Assembly (NCBI GenBank): GCA_024763535.1
Contig: JANTFH010000002.1
Location: 8,338 to 72,337, forward strand
Source: Thermodesulfobacteriota bacterium
GTDB lineage: Bacteria; Desulfobacterota; Anaeroferrophillalia; Anaeroferrophillales; Tharpellaceae
Length of the DNA stretch: 64,000 nucleotides
Direction of reading: 5' to 3'
Part shown: in pieces, positions 31,001 to 39,459 of the stretch
Layout: each line of letters opens with the position of its first letter
Numbering within the stretch: position 1 is the first letter of the stretch
Position numbers and translations under genes: made by a program
The notes under the pieces: model-generated
Told to the model about the DNA's origin: nothing
Database searches by the model: none
The model's input: only the letters and a program-made list of their open reading frames with translations

Positions 31001-31759
31001 GCTGATGACTCTTTCATGCTTGAGTCTCAGCTTGAGAATGTCAGCCTTGAGCATCTTAATGACTACCTGAAAAACCCCGACCGGGGTCTGCCGATGTCGG
31101 GGGGAGAGGGGTTAGTCAGTCTGGATCTTTACTGGCAGGGAGATTCGGTCAGGAACTGGGAAGAGAGTCTTGACGGCGAACTCGATTTTAATTTTCATGA
31201 TGGCAGTCTCAAGCGCTTTACCCTGATTGCCAATATCAGTTCCTTACTTAACCTTTCACAATTTGCCTCTCTGCATCTGCCCGAATTAAGCGTTGATCGC
31301 GGGGTTCCCTACAAAGAGCTCACCTATAAAGGTTTGATTGTCGGAGGTCAGTTTGAGGTTGATGAATTTGATATGCAGGGCCCGGCATTTAATCTTTTCG
31401 GCAGCGGTAATATCGACTTTATCAACGATCAGCTGGATCTTAAATTTGGAATCCAGCCCCTGCAGACGGTAGATAAAATACTTGCCTCGATTCCTTTGGT
31501 CGGTTATATCATGACCGGCAGTAACAAAACCTTTGTGGTCATTCCGGTAACGGTCAGAGGTTCGTTTGACGATGTAAAGATCAAAACCCACACTATTGCC
31601 GGTATGGGAAGTAATCTTGTCGGCATGGTGCAGAGGTTTTTTAAGACCCCGGTTCGGCTCCTGCGGATGCCGGGGAAATTTATCGATAAAATGGATTCCG
31701 GGAATAAGCCGGATACGGCCGGGGAAAAAGCCGTTAAGAATAAGGTCGTTAAAAATTAA
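28073..31759 (+). CDS. AsmA-like / YhdP-like large envelope protein
   Basis: 1228 aa, N-terminal TM followed by LDNYRPKI, beta-rich body, AsmA_2-like C-terminus (GPAFNLFGSGNIDF, IPLVGYI, VRGSFDD). Confidence 0.75.
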   Translation: MKFLGRQVLFSKNRERWRWPARLGGALLLSFFLLLISLPNLLDLDNYRPKIVKYLQLQLAGEVSVGKLSLTYKHGPGLRIDGVRVYDKSGSQHLLVTTIIANFDFHRLLEKRLHLARLTLVRPALTLQLDRKLSTLNNFLQTSAGSAGGPNRDIAPAGWKVDSEVSGALVEVVDGSVEFTDACFGLSPMTTRVKHLNLFFSWPATDLQTKFKLTATVTDKGGDGSLNIEGSLSHIRLPLEPGKMILDCKVQAENLNAGTYFPYYQKYVPMRFIGGRVDIDANYDGSLLGLFRSQGRITLHQAELDYQQVFQQKLEFERLAVDYDFRLADSYNTIETRNCTIDADGLKVHGYCLLHEARRGIDGTIEARLGSMNLTPGKIMPLLPWKIIPEKIHAICRKLKGQGTLKVGEAFLKGDYRKITHLIDKKPLVGIIGGRIYGKNLSFAGAGSIPSFLIGKAEAEFADNKLILKDFDWSIPDLISCKSGSLTLNNIYNGIETLFSGQLKLYVKGLNRFSDNIFGAEKRSADVKKEVLPIAFEQGLIAGKLNFSGPLAQPERIHWNGNFSGHDISFVLAGIPQKAKNGSALLKLDDNSLQIESASFDLATLPVNLQGTLPGPGFFLQTDNGRPYSLNLTAESTDFTPGQLNILSGEQYNISGAKTGPSSLQISLRSDNSTQSKIKLSGRMNLDWGELSLPFLAEKLDRLSCEAEFDQKNIIFKQLDLKRGRSDFSFQGSLQQTEVTDGYLLAGKIKSSCLDMDDFPLRDMQFGEDKPELSFSLNGVVNELILPVDMAGKESRIGSLWRHLKDFNFSLDGGGADTPITIEKCRWLWGGERGRVSLSGKLQLLDRLQGDIEIEAEDLDFDTLFSVKSDEPQQESEVTEKVLADGSQNEPVKLTVLEDLAETVVEDRVKSLISWKPKLARHDLNLKTRIKHMRLQHVELDGLECACLVNAAGINVSRFTGRSFEGTFNIYAGWRFADDSFMLESQLENVSLEHLNDYLKNPDRGLPMSGGEGLVSLDLYWQGDSVRNWEESLDGELDFNFHDGSLKRFTLIANISSLLNLSQFASLHLPELSVDRGVPYKELTYKGLIVGGQFEVDEFDMQGPAFNLFGSGNIDFINDQLDLKFGIQPLQTVDKILASIPLVGYIMTGSNKTFVVIPVTVRGSFDDVKIKTHTIAGMGSNLVGMVQRFFKTPVRLLRMPGKFIDKMDSGNKPDTAGEKAVKNKVVKN

Positions 31760-31769
31760 GGTAAATTAA

Positions 31770-32012
31770 GTGTTTAGATTGATATTATGGGTAGGTTTAG
31801 GGTATCTCTTTTTTCGTCTCTTGCGTGGTCGGCCGGTAGCCCCGGACAGTAATCCGGAGAGCCGAAACCGAACGGCTTCCGGTGAGAAGATGGTGAAATG
31901 TCTTGAGTGTGGTCTCTACGTTCCGGAAGATGAGGCTCTGGCCGCCGGTCGGCGGCATCCCGGAGGTTATTTCTGCAGCCGTGAGTGTCAAAAGAAGCGC
32001 TCATCAGCTTAA
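31770..32012 (+). CDS. Small membrane-anchored Cys-motif protein, PP0621-like
   Basis: N-terminal TM then MVKCLECGLYVPEDEAL...YFCSREC. Confidence 0.75.
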   Translation: MFRLILWVGLGYLFFRLLRGRPVAPDSNPESRNRTASGEKMVKCLECGLYVPEDEALAAGRRHPGGYFCSRECQKKRSSA

Positions 32013-32053
32013 ATCTGTCTGATTCAGGCGAGAGCCGGAAAACAGTAAAGTTG

Positions 32054-32087
32054 ATCTGAGCCCGGCAGATTGCTGCCGGACTCAGAT
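32054..32087. terminator. Stem-loop between convergent genes
   Basis: ATCTGAGCCCGGCAG-attg-CTGCCGGACTCAGAT, 15-bp stem with one mismatch; no clear U-tract. Confidence 0.5.
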
Positions 32088-32093
32088 AACCGG

Positions 32094-32876
32094 TTACTCT
32101 TCGGCAAGTTCCTGTTTGAGATTTTCGTATATCCCCCGGACATTTTCTGCTATCTTCGGGTTGACCTCATAAGGGGCCTGATCCCGCCGGTCGGCAGTGA
32201 CGATCTCCTGATCATAGTCAAGAAACCCCAGGACCTTCATCCCTTCGAGGTTGTCGGTGATAAAATCCCGGTCATTTTCCTGGCTGAGTTTATTACCGAC
32301 GACATAGACCCGGTCAACTCCCAGGTCGGCTGCCAGTCTCTTGATCTGCCGGGCGGTTTTCAGGCTTCGGGAACCCGGTTCAACGACGACTATGAAAGCA
32401 TCAATGCCCCGGGTGGCGCCGCGGCCCAGATGTTCGAGTCCGGCTTCCATATCGAGGATGATACTCTCGTCGCGCTGCAGGAGAATGTGGCGCAAAAGAA
32501 ACTTCAGGATCACACTTTCCGGGCAGTAGCAGCCGCCGCCGCCTTCGGGGATGGTACCGAGAACCAGCAGTTTCAAGTTCTCTCGGCTCAGACTGAAGCG
32601 TTCGGGAATATCGTCAACCTTCGGATTGAGCTTAAAGGTTCCGCCGTATGTGCCTTTGCGGGAGCCGGTACGTTCCTGGATGAAATCAGTCATCTCCGCA
32701 ACCGGTACGACTTTCTCAACCTCATCCAGATTAAAGCCCAGTGCTGATCCCAGATTGGCATCGGGGTCGGCATCAATTGCCAGAACTTTGTGTTCAGTTG
32801 CCGCGATTACCCGGGCCAGAGTCCCGGCCAGAGTCGTTTTACCGACACCGCCTTTACCGGAAATTGCAATCTTCAT
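32094..32876 (-). CDS. cooC: CooC/AcsF-type nickel-insertion ATPase
   Basis: MKIAISGKGGVGKTT, DADPDANL, GGGCYCPE (CxC), DMEAGLEHLGR. Confidence 0.9.
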   Translation of the reverse strand: MKIAISGKGGVGKTTLAGTLARVIAATEHKVLAIDADPDANLGSALGFNLDEVEKVVPVAEMTDFIQERTGSRKGTYGGTFKLNPKVDDIPERFSLSRENLKLLVLGTIPEGGGGCYCPESVILKFLLRHILLQRDESIILDMEAGLEHLGRGATRGIDAFIVVVEPGSRSLKTARQIKRLAADLGVDRVYVVGNKLSQENDRDFITDNLEGMKVLGFLDYDQEIVTADRRDQAPYEVNPKIAENVRGIYENLKQELAEE

Positions 32877-33010
32877 AATAGAGAGTTCCTTATCATCTGA
32901 TTAATTTATATTTTTGTTTTTAAGGATAAAAGTGTTTCTGTATACTATGAACTTGGGGCGAAAAAATCAAGGCCAAAGTCGGATTGATTTAAACTTGAGA
33001 TAAAGAAATT

Positions 33011-33709
33011 ATGGCTGCGGAAAAAAGAGAAAGCGAAAAAGCAGATGTTTGTGGTCATCGTCAGCGCTTAAAAGAGCGCTTCTTGAATCATGGTCTGGAC
33101 GGTTTGCATGATTATGAAGCTTTAGAGCTGTTGCTGAGTTACGCCATTCCGAGGCGGGACGTGAAGCCGGTGGCCAAGGAGCTGCTGCGGAACTTTACGA
33201 CCTTGAAAAAGGTTATCGATGCCCCTCTTGATCGTCTGCAGGAGATCCCGGGAATCGGTCTGCACAGTGCTCTTTTACTCAAATTGTGTCGCGAGCTGCT
33301 TATCCTCTATCTTGAAGCTCCGGATATTGAGCGGCAGAGTGTTACTTCCGCGAGTCAGATTGCCCATCTCTGCCGGGCCCGGCTTGAGGGTCTGCCGAAA
33401 GAGCAGTTTTTAGTCCTTTTTCTGGATAATCGCCATCGTCTGATTCGAAGTGAGGTGATTCATCGGGGAACTGTGGATATGAGTGTGGTTTATCCGCGGG
33501 AGGTTTTAAGCCGGGCACTTAAATACCGGGCCGCGGCCATCCTCGTGGCTCATAACCACCCCGGCGGCAGCCTGACACCTTCAGCCGAGGATGTCCGGAT
33601 TACCACCGAGCTTAAAAATGCGGCGTCGGTTCTAGGTATCAGGCTGCTGGATCACCTGATTGTCGCTGAGTCAAAAGTAATCAGTCTAAAGGAGCTCAAT
33701 CAGTTATAA
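33011..33709 (+). CDS. radC: RadC (JAB/MPN domain) protein, full length
   Basis: GHRQRLKERF, HhH region, HNHPGG...SAED and LLDHLIV. Confidence 0.95.
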   Translation: MAAEKRESEKADVCGHRQRLKERFLNHGLDGLHDYEALELLLSYAIPRRDVKPVAKELLRNFTTLKKVIDAPLDRLQEIPGIGLHSALLLKLCRELLILYLEAPDIERQSVTSASQIAHLCRARLEGLPKEQFLVLFLDNRHRLIRSEVIHRGTVDMSVVYPREVLSRALKYRAAAILVAHNHPGGSLTPSAEDVRITTELKNAASVLGIRLLDHLIVAESKVISLKELNQL

Positions 33710-33724
33710 TTTAATCTTTCGCAT

Positions 33725-36166
33725 TTAAAGATCAAGGTAGAAATTGATACTGCTGCCATCTTGATCTCTGACCTTGAAACCGAATGATTTACAGAAGTTG
33801 ATCATCTTCAGGTTCTCCGCCAGCACAACTCCGATAATCTGTTTTATCTGACGATCCCGGGCGATTTCCAACAGGCGTCGCATGAGGATTGCTCCCACCC
33901 CGCTGCCCTGAAACTCATCGGCAACCACGATCGCAAACTCGTGCTGGTTGCTGCGGGCCTGATAGGTGAGACGATTAACTCCAATTGAGCGTTCCCGGCC
34001 GGCTTCTTTGAGCAGAGCGATTATTGCGATCTCCCGGTCATAGTCGATCTGGGTGAAACGGGCTGCCTGTTCATGAGTCAGGTGGCGCCGGTAGCTGAAA
34101 AAACGGAAATAGTTGGTTTGCCTTGAGAGTGATTTGAAGAGTTCGTAGTGCAGCTCTTCATCCTCAGGCCGAATCGGTCGGATCATGATTTTCCGGCCGT
34201 CTTTGAGCTGCTCTCGAAATTCATACTCTGCCGGATAGGGAGCGATTACCAGGTGGCGGGGAGCCTCAATCAGGCTCTTACGGATACGCATTGGGCCGGA
34301 TTTAAGATTGAAGGTCTCTTCTGCATTTTCACTCAGATAGAGCTCCATGCTCTCTATCTCCGGATTGTCGGTTATGACGGCCGCCAGCTGCAGAAAGATG
34401 ATGGCCAGCCCTTCATTTAATTTACTGCTTCGTTTCTGTAAAGCCCGGTCGATTGGTGAACGAGAGATCATCACCTGGGCCAGAAACGGATTGATGGGAG
34501 GAAGCATGATTGAGAGAGCGGGTTCGATCTCAGCCGCGACTCCATCTAACCCCAGATAGAGATAGGGGCCGAATTCGATGTCGGTCGCGGTTCCCAGCTT
34601 GAGCAACAGCTGCCGCTTTGGTTGGGGCTTAATCGGGTTTGACGGGGTTAAACCGTAGGCCCGAAGAAATTCTAAAGCTGCTTCATGCGGGAGTTCGCTG
34701 ATATCTTCACTCACGAAAGGTGTCAGGAAATCTTTAGAATTGAAATGCTGAATCTTGTAGTCCCGTTGAAAGCGAGGAGTTAAAGCGGTTAACTGGTTAA
34801 GTTTGTGGCGGTAGCGGCGGCTGTAGAGATAGGCGTTCAGGGCCGCGGGAACACTGAAATAGACATAAACTCCTCGGCGGGCCAAAGGGGCGGCAATGCG
34901 GCGGTCTTTAGGTTTAGCATTGATCCAGGCATAGGTTACGGCGCAGTAGTTTGACTCCAGCTCTTTCTGCACTTCTTTGATCAGTTTACGTGGATCAAGT
35001 TTATGGTGGGCGGCAGCCAGGATAATCAGGGCATCAAATTCCCGCCTCTTGAGGCAGGCCTTAATGACGGTCGCGAATGTGTCGGTATCGTTCGTACCCC
35101 CGATGTCAATTGGGTTTTGAATCAGTTTATGGGGAATTATCTGCCGCAGTTCATTGGTTAACTGCAGGGAGAGAGGGGTTGGCTCAATCTTGTTGAAGAG
35201 CAGGTTGTCGGTTGCGAATATGGCGATGCCGCCGGAGTTGGTAATGATGGCGAGCCGGTCACCGGTCGGGATATTGCGGCGTGAGAGCGAGCGCCCGGCC
35301 AGAACCAGCTCTTTGAGGCTGTTGACGGAGACGATTCCGGCCCGTCTGAAGGCGCTGTCATAGACCGGGCCGGCACCGATTTTAGCAAAAACCCGGGGTT
35401 TGAGGATTTCATGGATTCTGGGATGGCGGCCGCTCTTGATGGCAATTATGGGTTTGATCCGGGAAACTGAACGGCAGGCACTGATAAATTTTTTTACATT
35501 ACGGATGTTCTCAATGTAGAGCATGATCGCTTCAACCTCAGGATCATTGCCGACAAAATCGATGAGATCGCCGAAATCAACATCAACCAGTGAACCAACA
35601 CTGGCGATATGACTGAAACCTATATCAAGTTCTCTGGCCAGATCCAGAATGGTACCGAAAACCGCACCGCTTTGTGAGAAGAAAGCAATTTTCCCGGCTG
35701 CCGGCAGCTGCGGATGAGTAGAGAGGTTAAGTTGTATTGGCGGGCTCAGGATACCACTGGAGTTGACACCGATGACCCGGGTATTGTGTAGCTGAGCGGC
35801 CCGGCTGATCTGGTCCAGGATTTCCCGGTCATGACTTGAGGTGATATTCTTGTTGATTACTATGATTGAAGTTTTTTTGAGGATTGATTCCGTGAAGAAG
35901 TGCGGCAGTTCTTGCAGGGGGCAGGTCAGAAAGAGCAGGTCGATCGTTTCGTTGATCTCTGCCAGAGACTCTTTCTGTATAAAACCGCTGGTGGAGTTAT
36001 CCGCCTTTATCTGGATTAAGTAGATGGTGCGTGGACGGGCAGTAGTCAGCAGGTTAATCAACAGCTCATCCAGTTTGATATCGACCTCCGCCTCGGCTCC
36101 GGACTGACCTTTCGCGACGGCAATAACCTGCGGATTAAACAGTTTTTCCAGCGAGTTAACGCTCAT
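33725..36166 (-). CDS. Pat/PatZ-type protein lysine acetyltransferase (acyl-CoA synthetase-like domains + C-terminal GNAT)
   Basis: SQSGA, IMLYIE, IKSGR, NPIDI; GNAT end RPIRPEDE...TQIDYDRE...EFAIVVADEFQGSGVG. Confidence 0.85.
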   Translation of the reverse strand: MSVNSLEKLFNPQVIAVAKGQSGAEAEVDIKLDELLINLLTTARPRTIYLIQIKADNSTSGFIQKESLAEINETIDLLFLTCPLQELPHFFTESILKKTSIIVINKNITSSHDREILDQISRAAQLHNTRVIGVNSSGILSPPIQLNLSTHPQLPAAGKIAFFSQSGAVFGTILDLARELDIGFSHIASVGSLVDVDFGDLIDFVGNDPEVEAIMLYIENIRNVKKFISACRSVSRIKPIIAIKSGRHPRIHEILKPRVFAKIGAGPVYDSAFRRAGIVSVNSLKELVLAGRSLSRRNIPTGDRLAIITNSGGIAIFATDNLLFNKIEPTPLSLQLTNELRQIIPHKLIQNPIDIGGTNDTDTFATVIKACLKRREFDALIILAAAHHKLDPRKLIKEVQKELESNYCAVTYAWINAKPKDRRIAAPLARRGVYVYFSVPAALNAYLYSRRYRHKLNQLTALTPRFQRDYKIQHFNSKDFLTPFVSEDISELPHEAALEFLRAYGLTPSNPIKPQPKRQLLLKLGTATDIEFGPYLYLGLDGVAAEIEPALSIMLPPINPFLAQVMISRSPIDRALQKRSSKLNEGLAIIFLQLAAVITDNPEIESMELYLSENAEETFNLKSGPMRIRKSLIEAPRHLVIAPYPAEYEFREQLKDGRKIMIRPIRPEDEELHYELFKSLSRQTNYFRFFSYRRHLTHEQAARFTQIDYDREIAIIALLKEAGRERSIGVNRLTYQARSNQHEFAIVVADEFQGSGVGAILMRRLLEIARDRQIKQIIGVVLAENLKMINFCKSFGFKVRDQDGSSINFYLDL

Positions 36167-36202
36167 CCTTATGAACTCCCAGGTTTTACTTTTTTCCAGG
36201 TT

Positions 36203-37603
36203 TTATAAATTATATTTATCCAGGCGATAGCGCAGAGAACGAAAACTTAAACCGAGCAGTTTTGCGGCCCTGGTTTTATTGCCGTGGCCTTTTTCCAGAG
36301 CCTGTTTGATCAGGCTGGTTTCCAGCCGGGTAACGACCTCCTCCAGATTAAGTCCTTCATCCGGCAGGGTCGTAGCTAGAGAATCGGTAGTTTGCTGCCG
36401 TAAAATTTGAGGCAGAGTCGTTGCGGAGATGATCTCTTTATTGGTTTCCAGAACGATGCAGCGTTCGATAATATTCTCCAACTCGCGGATATTCCCGGGG
36501 TAGTCGTAATCCATCAGGGCCTGAGTCGCTTCCGGAGTGAAGCCTTTGAGATCACGTTTATATTCCTGATTGTATTTACGTAGAAAATGTTTAAGCAGCA
36601 GAGGGATGTCTTCCGGCCGCTCTCTTAACGGCGGCAGGTCGATGCGGATAACATCAAGCCGGTAAAAGAGGTCTTCACGAAATTTACCGCTGTCAACCAT
36701 GCTTTTTAAGTCACGATTGGTCGCAGCGATAAACTGCAGGTCAACGCTGATCTCTTTGGGACTGCCGATCTTCTGGAAACACTTCTCCTGGAGAACCCGC
36801 AAAATCTTGACCTGCAGAGCCGGAGGAATTTCGCCGATCTCATCGAGAAAGAGGGTGCCGCCGTCGGCGGCGCCGAGATAGCCTTTGGAGTCACTGACGG
36901 CTCCGGTAAAGGCACCTTTAGTATGTCCGAAAAGTTCACTTTCAAGCAGCTGCTCCGGGATCGCGGCACAGTTGACCGCGACAAAAGGCTGCTCCCGGTT
37001 GGGGCCGGAGAAGTGGATGGCTCGGGCTACGAGCTCCTTGCCGGTGCCGGATTCGCCGCAGATCAGGATATTGGTTTTAGTCGGGGAGACCTGTTTTATG
37101 ATCTCGTAGATGGCCATCATCGGAGAACTTTTGCCGATAATATTGTCAAATCCGAAACGTTTTTCCAACTCTTTGTGCAGCCTCAGATTCTCCCGCTGCA
37201 GCTGCGAGTTCTTGAGTGCCTTTTCAATGGTTAAAAGAATTTCGTCAACCTTGAATGGTTTGTTGATGTAGTCAAAGGCCCCGTTCTTCATGGCATCAAT
37301 CACCGAGGTTGTTGAAGCGAAAGCGGTTATCATTATCATCTCGGTGGTCGGGCTCTTTTTCTTGACGGTACGCAGCATCTCCAGGCCGCTCATCGTGGGC
37401 ATTTTCAGATCGCTTATAACCAGATCGTAATTTGTCGTCTCCAGGCTGCCGACGGCGGCAAAGGCATCCGTGAAACAGCTGACCCGGTAATTATTGCGCA
37501 GCAGGATGATCTCTAGAAATTCACACATGCTCTGTTCGTCATCAACGACCATGATGTGAAATTTGTTGTCGGAGGGTAGATTATGCATATCGTTCAATAC
37601 CAT
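36203..37603 (-). CDS. pilR: Sigma54-dependent response regulator PilR
   Basis: REC domain (VVDDE, DLKMP), GESGTGKE, GAFTGA, YPGNIRELEN, Fis-type HTH; follows pilS/pilC. Confidence 0.88.
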   Translation of the reverse strand: MVLNDMHNLPSDNKFHIMVVDDEQSMCEFLEIILLRNNYRVSCFTDAFAAVGSLETTNYDLVISDLKMPTMSGLEMLRTVKKKSPTTEMIMITAFASTTSVIDAMKNGAFDYINKPFKVDEILLTIEKALKNSQLQRENLRLHKELEKRFGFDNIIGKSSPMMAIYEIIKQVSPTKTNILICGESGTGKELVARAIHFSGPNREQPFVAVNCAAIPEQLLESELFGHTKGAFTGAVSDSKGYLGAADGGTLFLDEIGEIPPALQVKILRVLQEKCFQKIGSPKEISVDLQFIAATNRDLKSMVDSGKFREDLFYRLDVIRIDLPPLRERPEDIPLLLKHFLRKYNQEYKRDLKGFTPEATQALMDYDYPGNIRELENIIERCIVLETNKEIISATTLPQILRQQTTDSLATTLPDEGLNLEEVVTRLETSLIKQALEKGHGNKTRAAKLLGLSFRSLRYRLDKYNL

Positions 37604-37605
37604 TT

Positions 37606-39285
37606 TTAATTGTCCGGTGGCCGGGTCACTGTTGAATTTTTCCGGGGGCTACCGGGGAAGCTTATCCGGGCGCAGGTGCCGGTTTGGTTGTCGGATCTCT
37701 TCTCCAGATGGATACTGCCATTATTGACCTGAGTCAACTGAAAAGCGATATAGAGTCCTAACCCGGTTCCTGAGGCTTTGGTTGTGAAGAACGGTTCGAA
37801 GATCTTTTCCGCAACTTTTTTGTCAATTCCGGGGCCGTTGTCGGTTATCGTAACGGTTATCTGGGAAGAGCTGTTGTTGTCGGTGAAAGTCTGCCTGTCG
37901 GCGGAGCTGGAGATGGTTATCTGACCTTTTTTATCCATCGCCTCAAGGGAGTTCTGGAGCAGATTCCAGAATATCTGTTCGAGTTGTTCGGGACTGGCTT
38001 TGATGATAAAACTGGAACTGTGGAAGGCTTCCTGAAAAACGGTTTCAGGAAACTGGGAGCGAAAGAGAAAAACCATATCTTTCAGCAGGCCGATAACGTC
38101 GGTATCTGTCTGCCGGCGGCTTTCAAACCGGGAAAAACGGAGAAAGTCACTGATCAGGTGGTCCAGCCGGCTGCTCTCTTTCAAGACAATTCGTAACAGG
38201 CGCTGATGGGTTTCGTCGTCCGGTGACAGATCCTGAGCCAGCAGCTCAATCGACCCGCTGATAGAGGCCAGAGGGTTTCTGATCTCGTGGGCGATGCCGG
38301 CTGAAAGACGCCCGATGGCGGCCATTTTCCGGGCTTCCTGAAGTTTTTTTTCGATTATTTTGAGGTCGGTTAAATCCTGAAAAATAAGAATCCAGCCGAT
38401 GTTATGAGATGGCCCTTTCATTAAAGGTACAAAGGAGAAGCCAAGAGTAAGTTTCCTGCCTTCGGGGTTTTGGTAGCTGATTTCGTGGCGGCGGCGGCCG
38501 GGCATGATTTCCATGGGTTTAAGGCTGGGGATAATCTGCCGGAGATCCCGGTTAAAAACCTGATCCCGGTTGAGTCCCAGGATGCTGGAGCCGGCATAGT
38601 TAATTGAGCTTACGGCCAGTTCACGGTTGGTGGTTATCAGACCGCTGTCAATAGAGGCGATGATGTGTTTGTTCAGATCCTGGGATTCTTTCAAGTCCCG
38701 GGTTGTCTTCTGGAGGCGCCTTCTTGTATCAAATCGCTCCTGGGCGATCAGGCGGAGGATAAAAGCCGACAGGTAAAATGGTGTTAAGTTGAAAAATAGT
38801 TCCGAGACAATCTTGCGGTTGCTGCTGATCAGAGGCGGCAGAGGAAAAATGTGTTGCAGGGGGTTAAATGTATGGGCAAAGATGATCAAGAGATAGAGGA
38901 AGGTACAGTAAAAGAGCAGGGCGATGGTGTGCTGGCGCTCAAGATAGATGGAGCCGCCCAGAATAATGAGATAGAAGAGGGGAAAGAAAAGGCTGTAGAA
39001 GCCGCCGGTAAAATAGAGAAGGACGGCAATCAGGGTTGCGTCAATCAGTAGCTGCCGCTGAATAAAACGTTCGATATTGACCACCTTAGGCAGTATCAAA
39101 AGGTAGGCAATGTTGATCAGGTAGGTTGAAACTATAAAGCAGTACAGCGGGACCGGGGTCGGGGTCGTCTGTTCATGGGGCCAGATGAATTCGAAAACTA
39201 CCAGGGCGCCAAGCAACAGTGTGATCAGCAGTAGACGAAAGGCCAGGATGTTTTTCAGCGGACGGAGGCGGATATTGGTGTTCAT
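37606..39285 (-). CDS. pilS: Sensor histidine kinase PilS
   Basis: Multiple N-terminal TMs, PAS, AHEIRNPL, NLLQNS, DNGPGI, FFTTK, GTGLGL; position after pilC. Confidence 0.85.
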   Translation of the reverse strand: MNTNIRLRPLKNILAFRLLLITLLLGALVVFEFIWPHEQTTPTPVPLYCFIVSTYLINIAYLLILPKVVNIERFIQRQLLIDATLIAVLLYFTGGFYSLFFPLFYLIILGGSIYLERQHTIALLFYCTFLYLLIIFAHTFNPLQHIFPLPPLISSNRKIVSELFFNLTPFYLSAFILRLIAQERFDTRRRLQKTTRDLKESQDLNKHIIASIDSGLITTNRELAVSSINYAGSSILGLNRDQVFNRDLRQIIPSLKPMEIMPGRRRHEISYQNPEGRKLTLGFSFVPLMKGPSHNIGWILIFQDLTDLKIIEKKLQEARKMAAIGRLSAGIAHEIRNPLASISGSIELLAQDLSPDDETHQRLLRIVLKESSRLDHLISDFLRFSRFESRRQTDTDVIGLLKDMVFLFRSQFPETVFQEAFHSSSFIIKASPEQLEQIFWNLLQNSLEAMDKKGQITISSSADRQTFTDNNSSSQITVTITDNGPGIDKKVAEKIFEPFFTTKASGTGLGLYIAFQLTQVNNGSIHLEKRSDNQTGTCARISFPGSPRKNSTVTRPPDN

Positions 39286-39459
39286 CGTTTATTGATGCTC
39301 TCCCGGAGCCGGTTCTGACTACCTCCATTTTTTTTCAGTTTTAATGCCGGAGCCGCCCTTTTCTCAGGGATGTTCCCGCAGTTTACTGATAGGGGCTTGA
39401 GGCTCGCAACCTGAAAAGTTTATCTGTACGCCCGCCAATATATTGCCTTATAAGGTCTA

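Noticed and set aside
33011-33709. RadC/JAB gene as a sign of a mobile element or defence system
   Set aside because: Full-length chromosomal-type RadC with housekeeping neighbours; no integrase, E1/E2 or CBASS genes nearby.
39430-39450. Sigma54-like site upstream of pilS (minus strand AGGCAATATATTGGC)
   Set aside because: GG-N10-GC spacing fits, but the TGGCAC and TTGC flanks are poorly matched.
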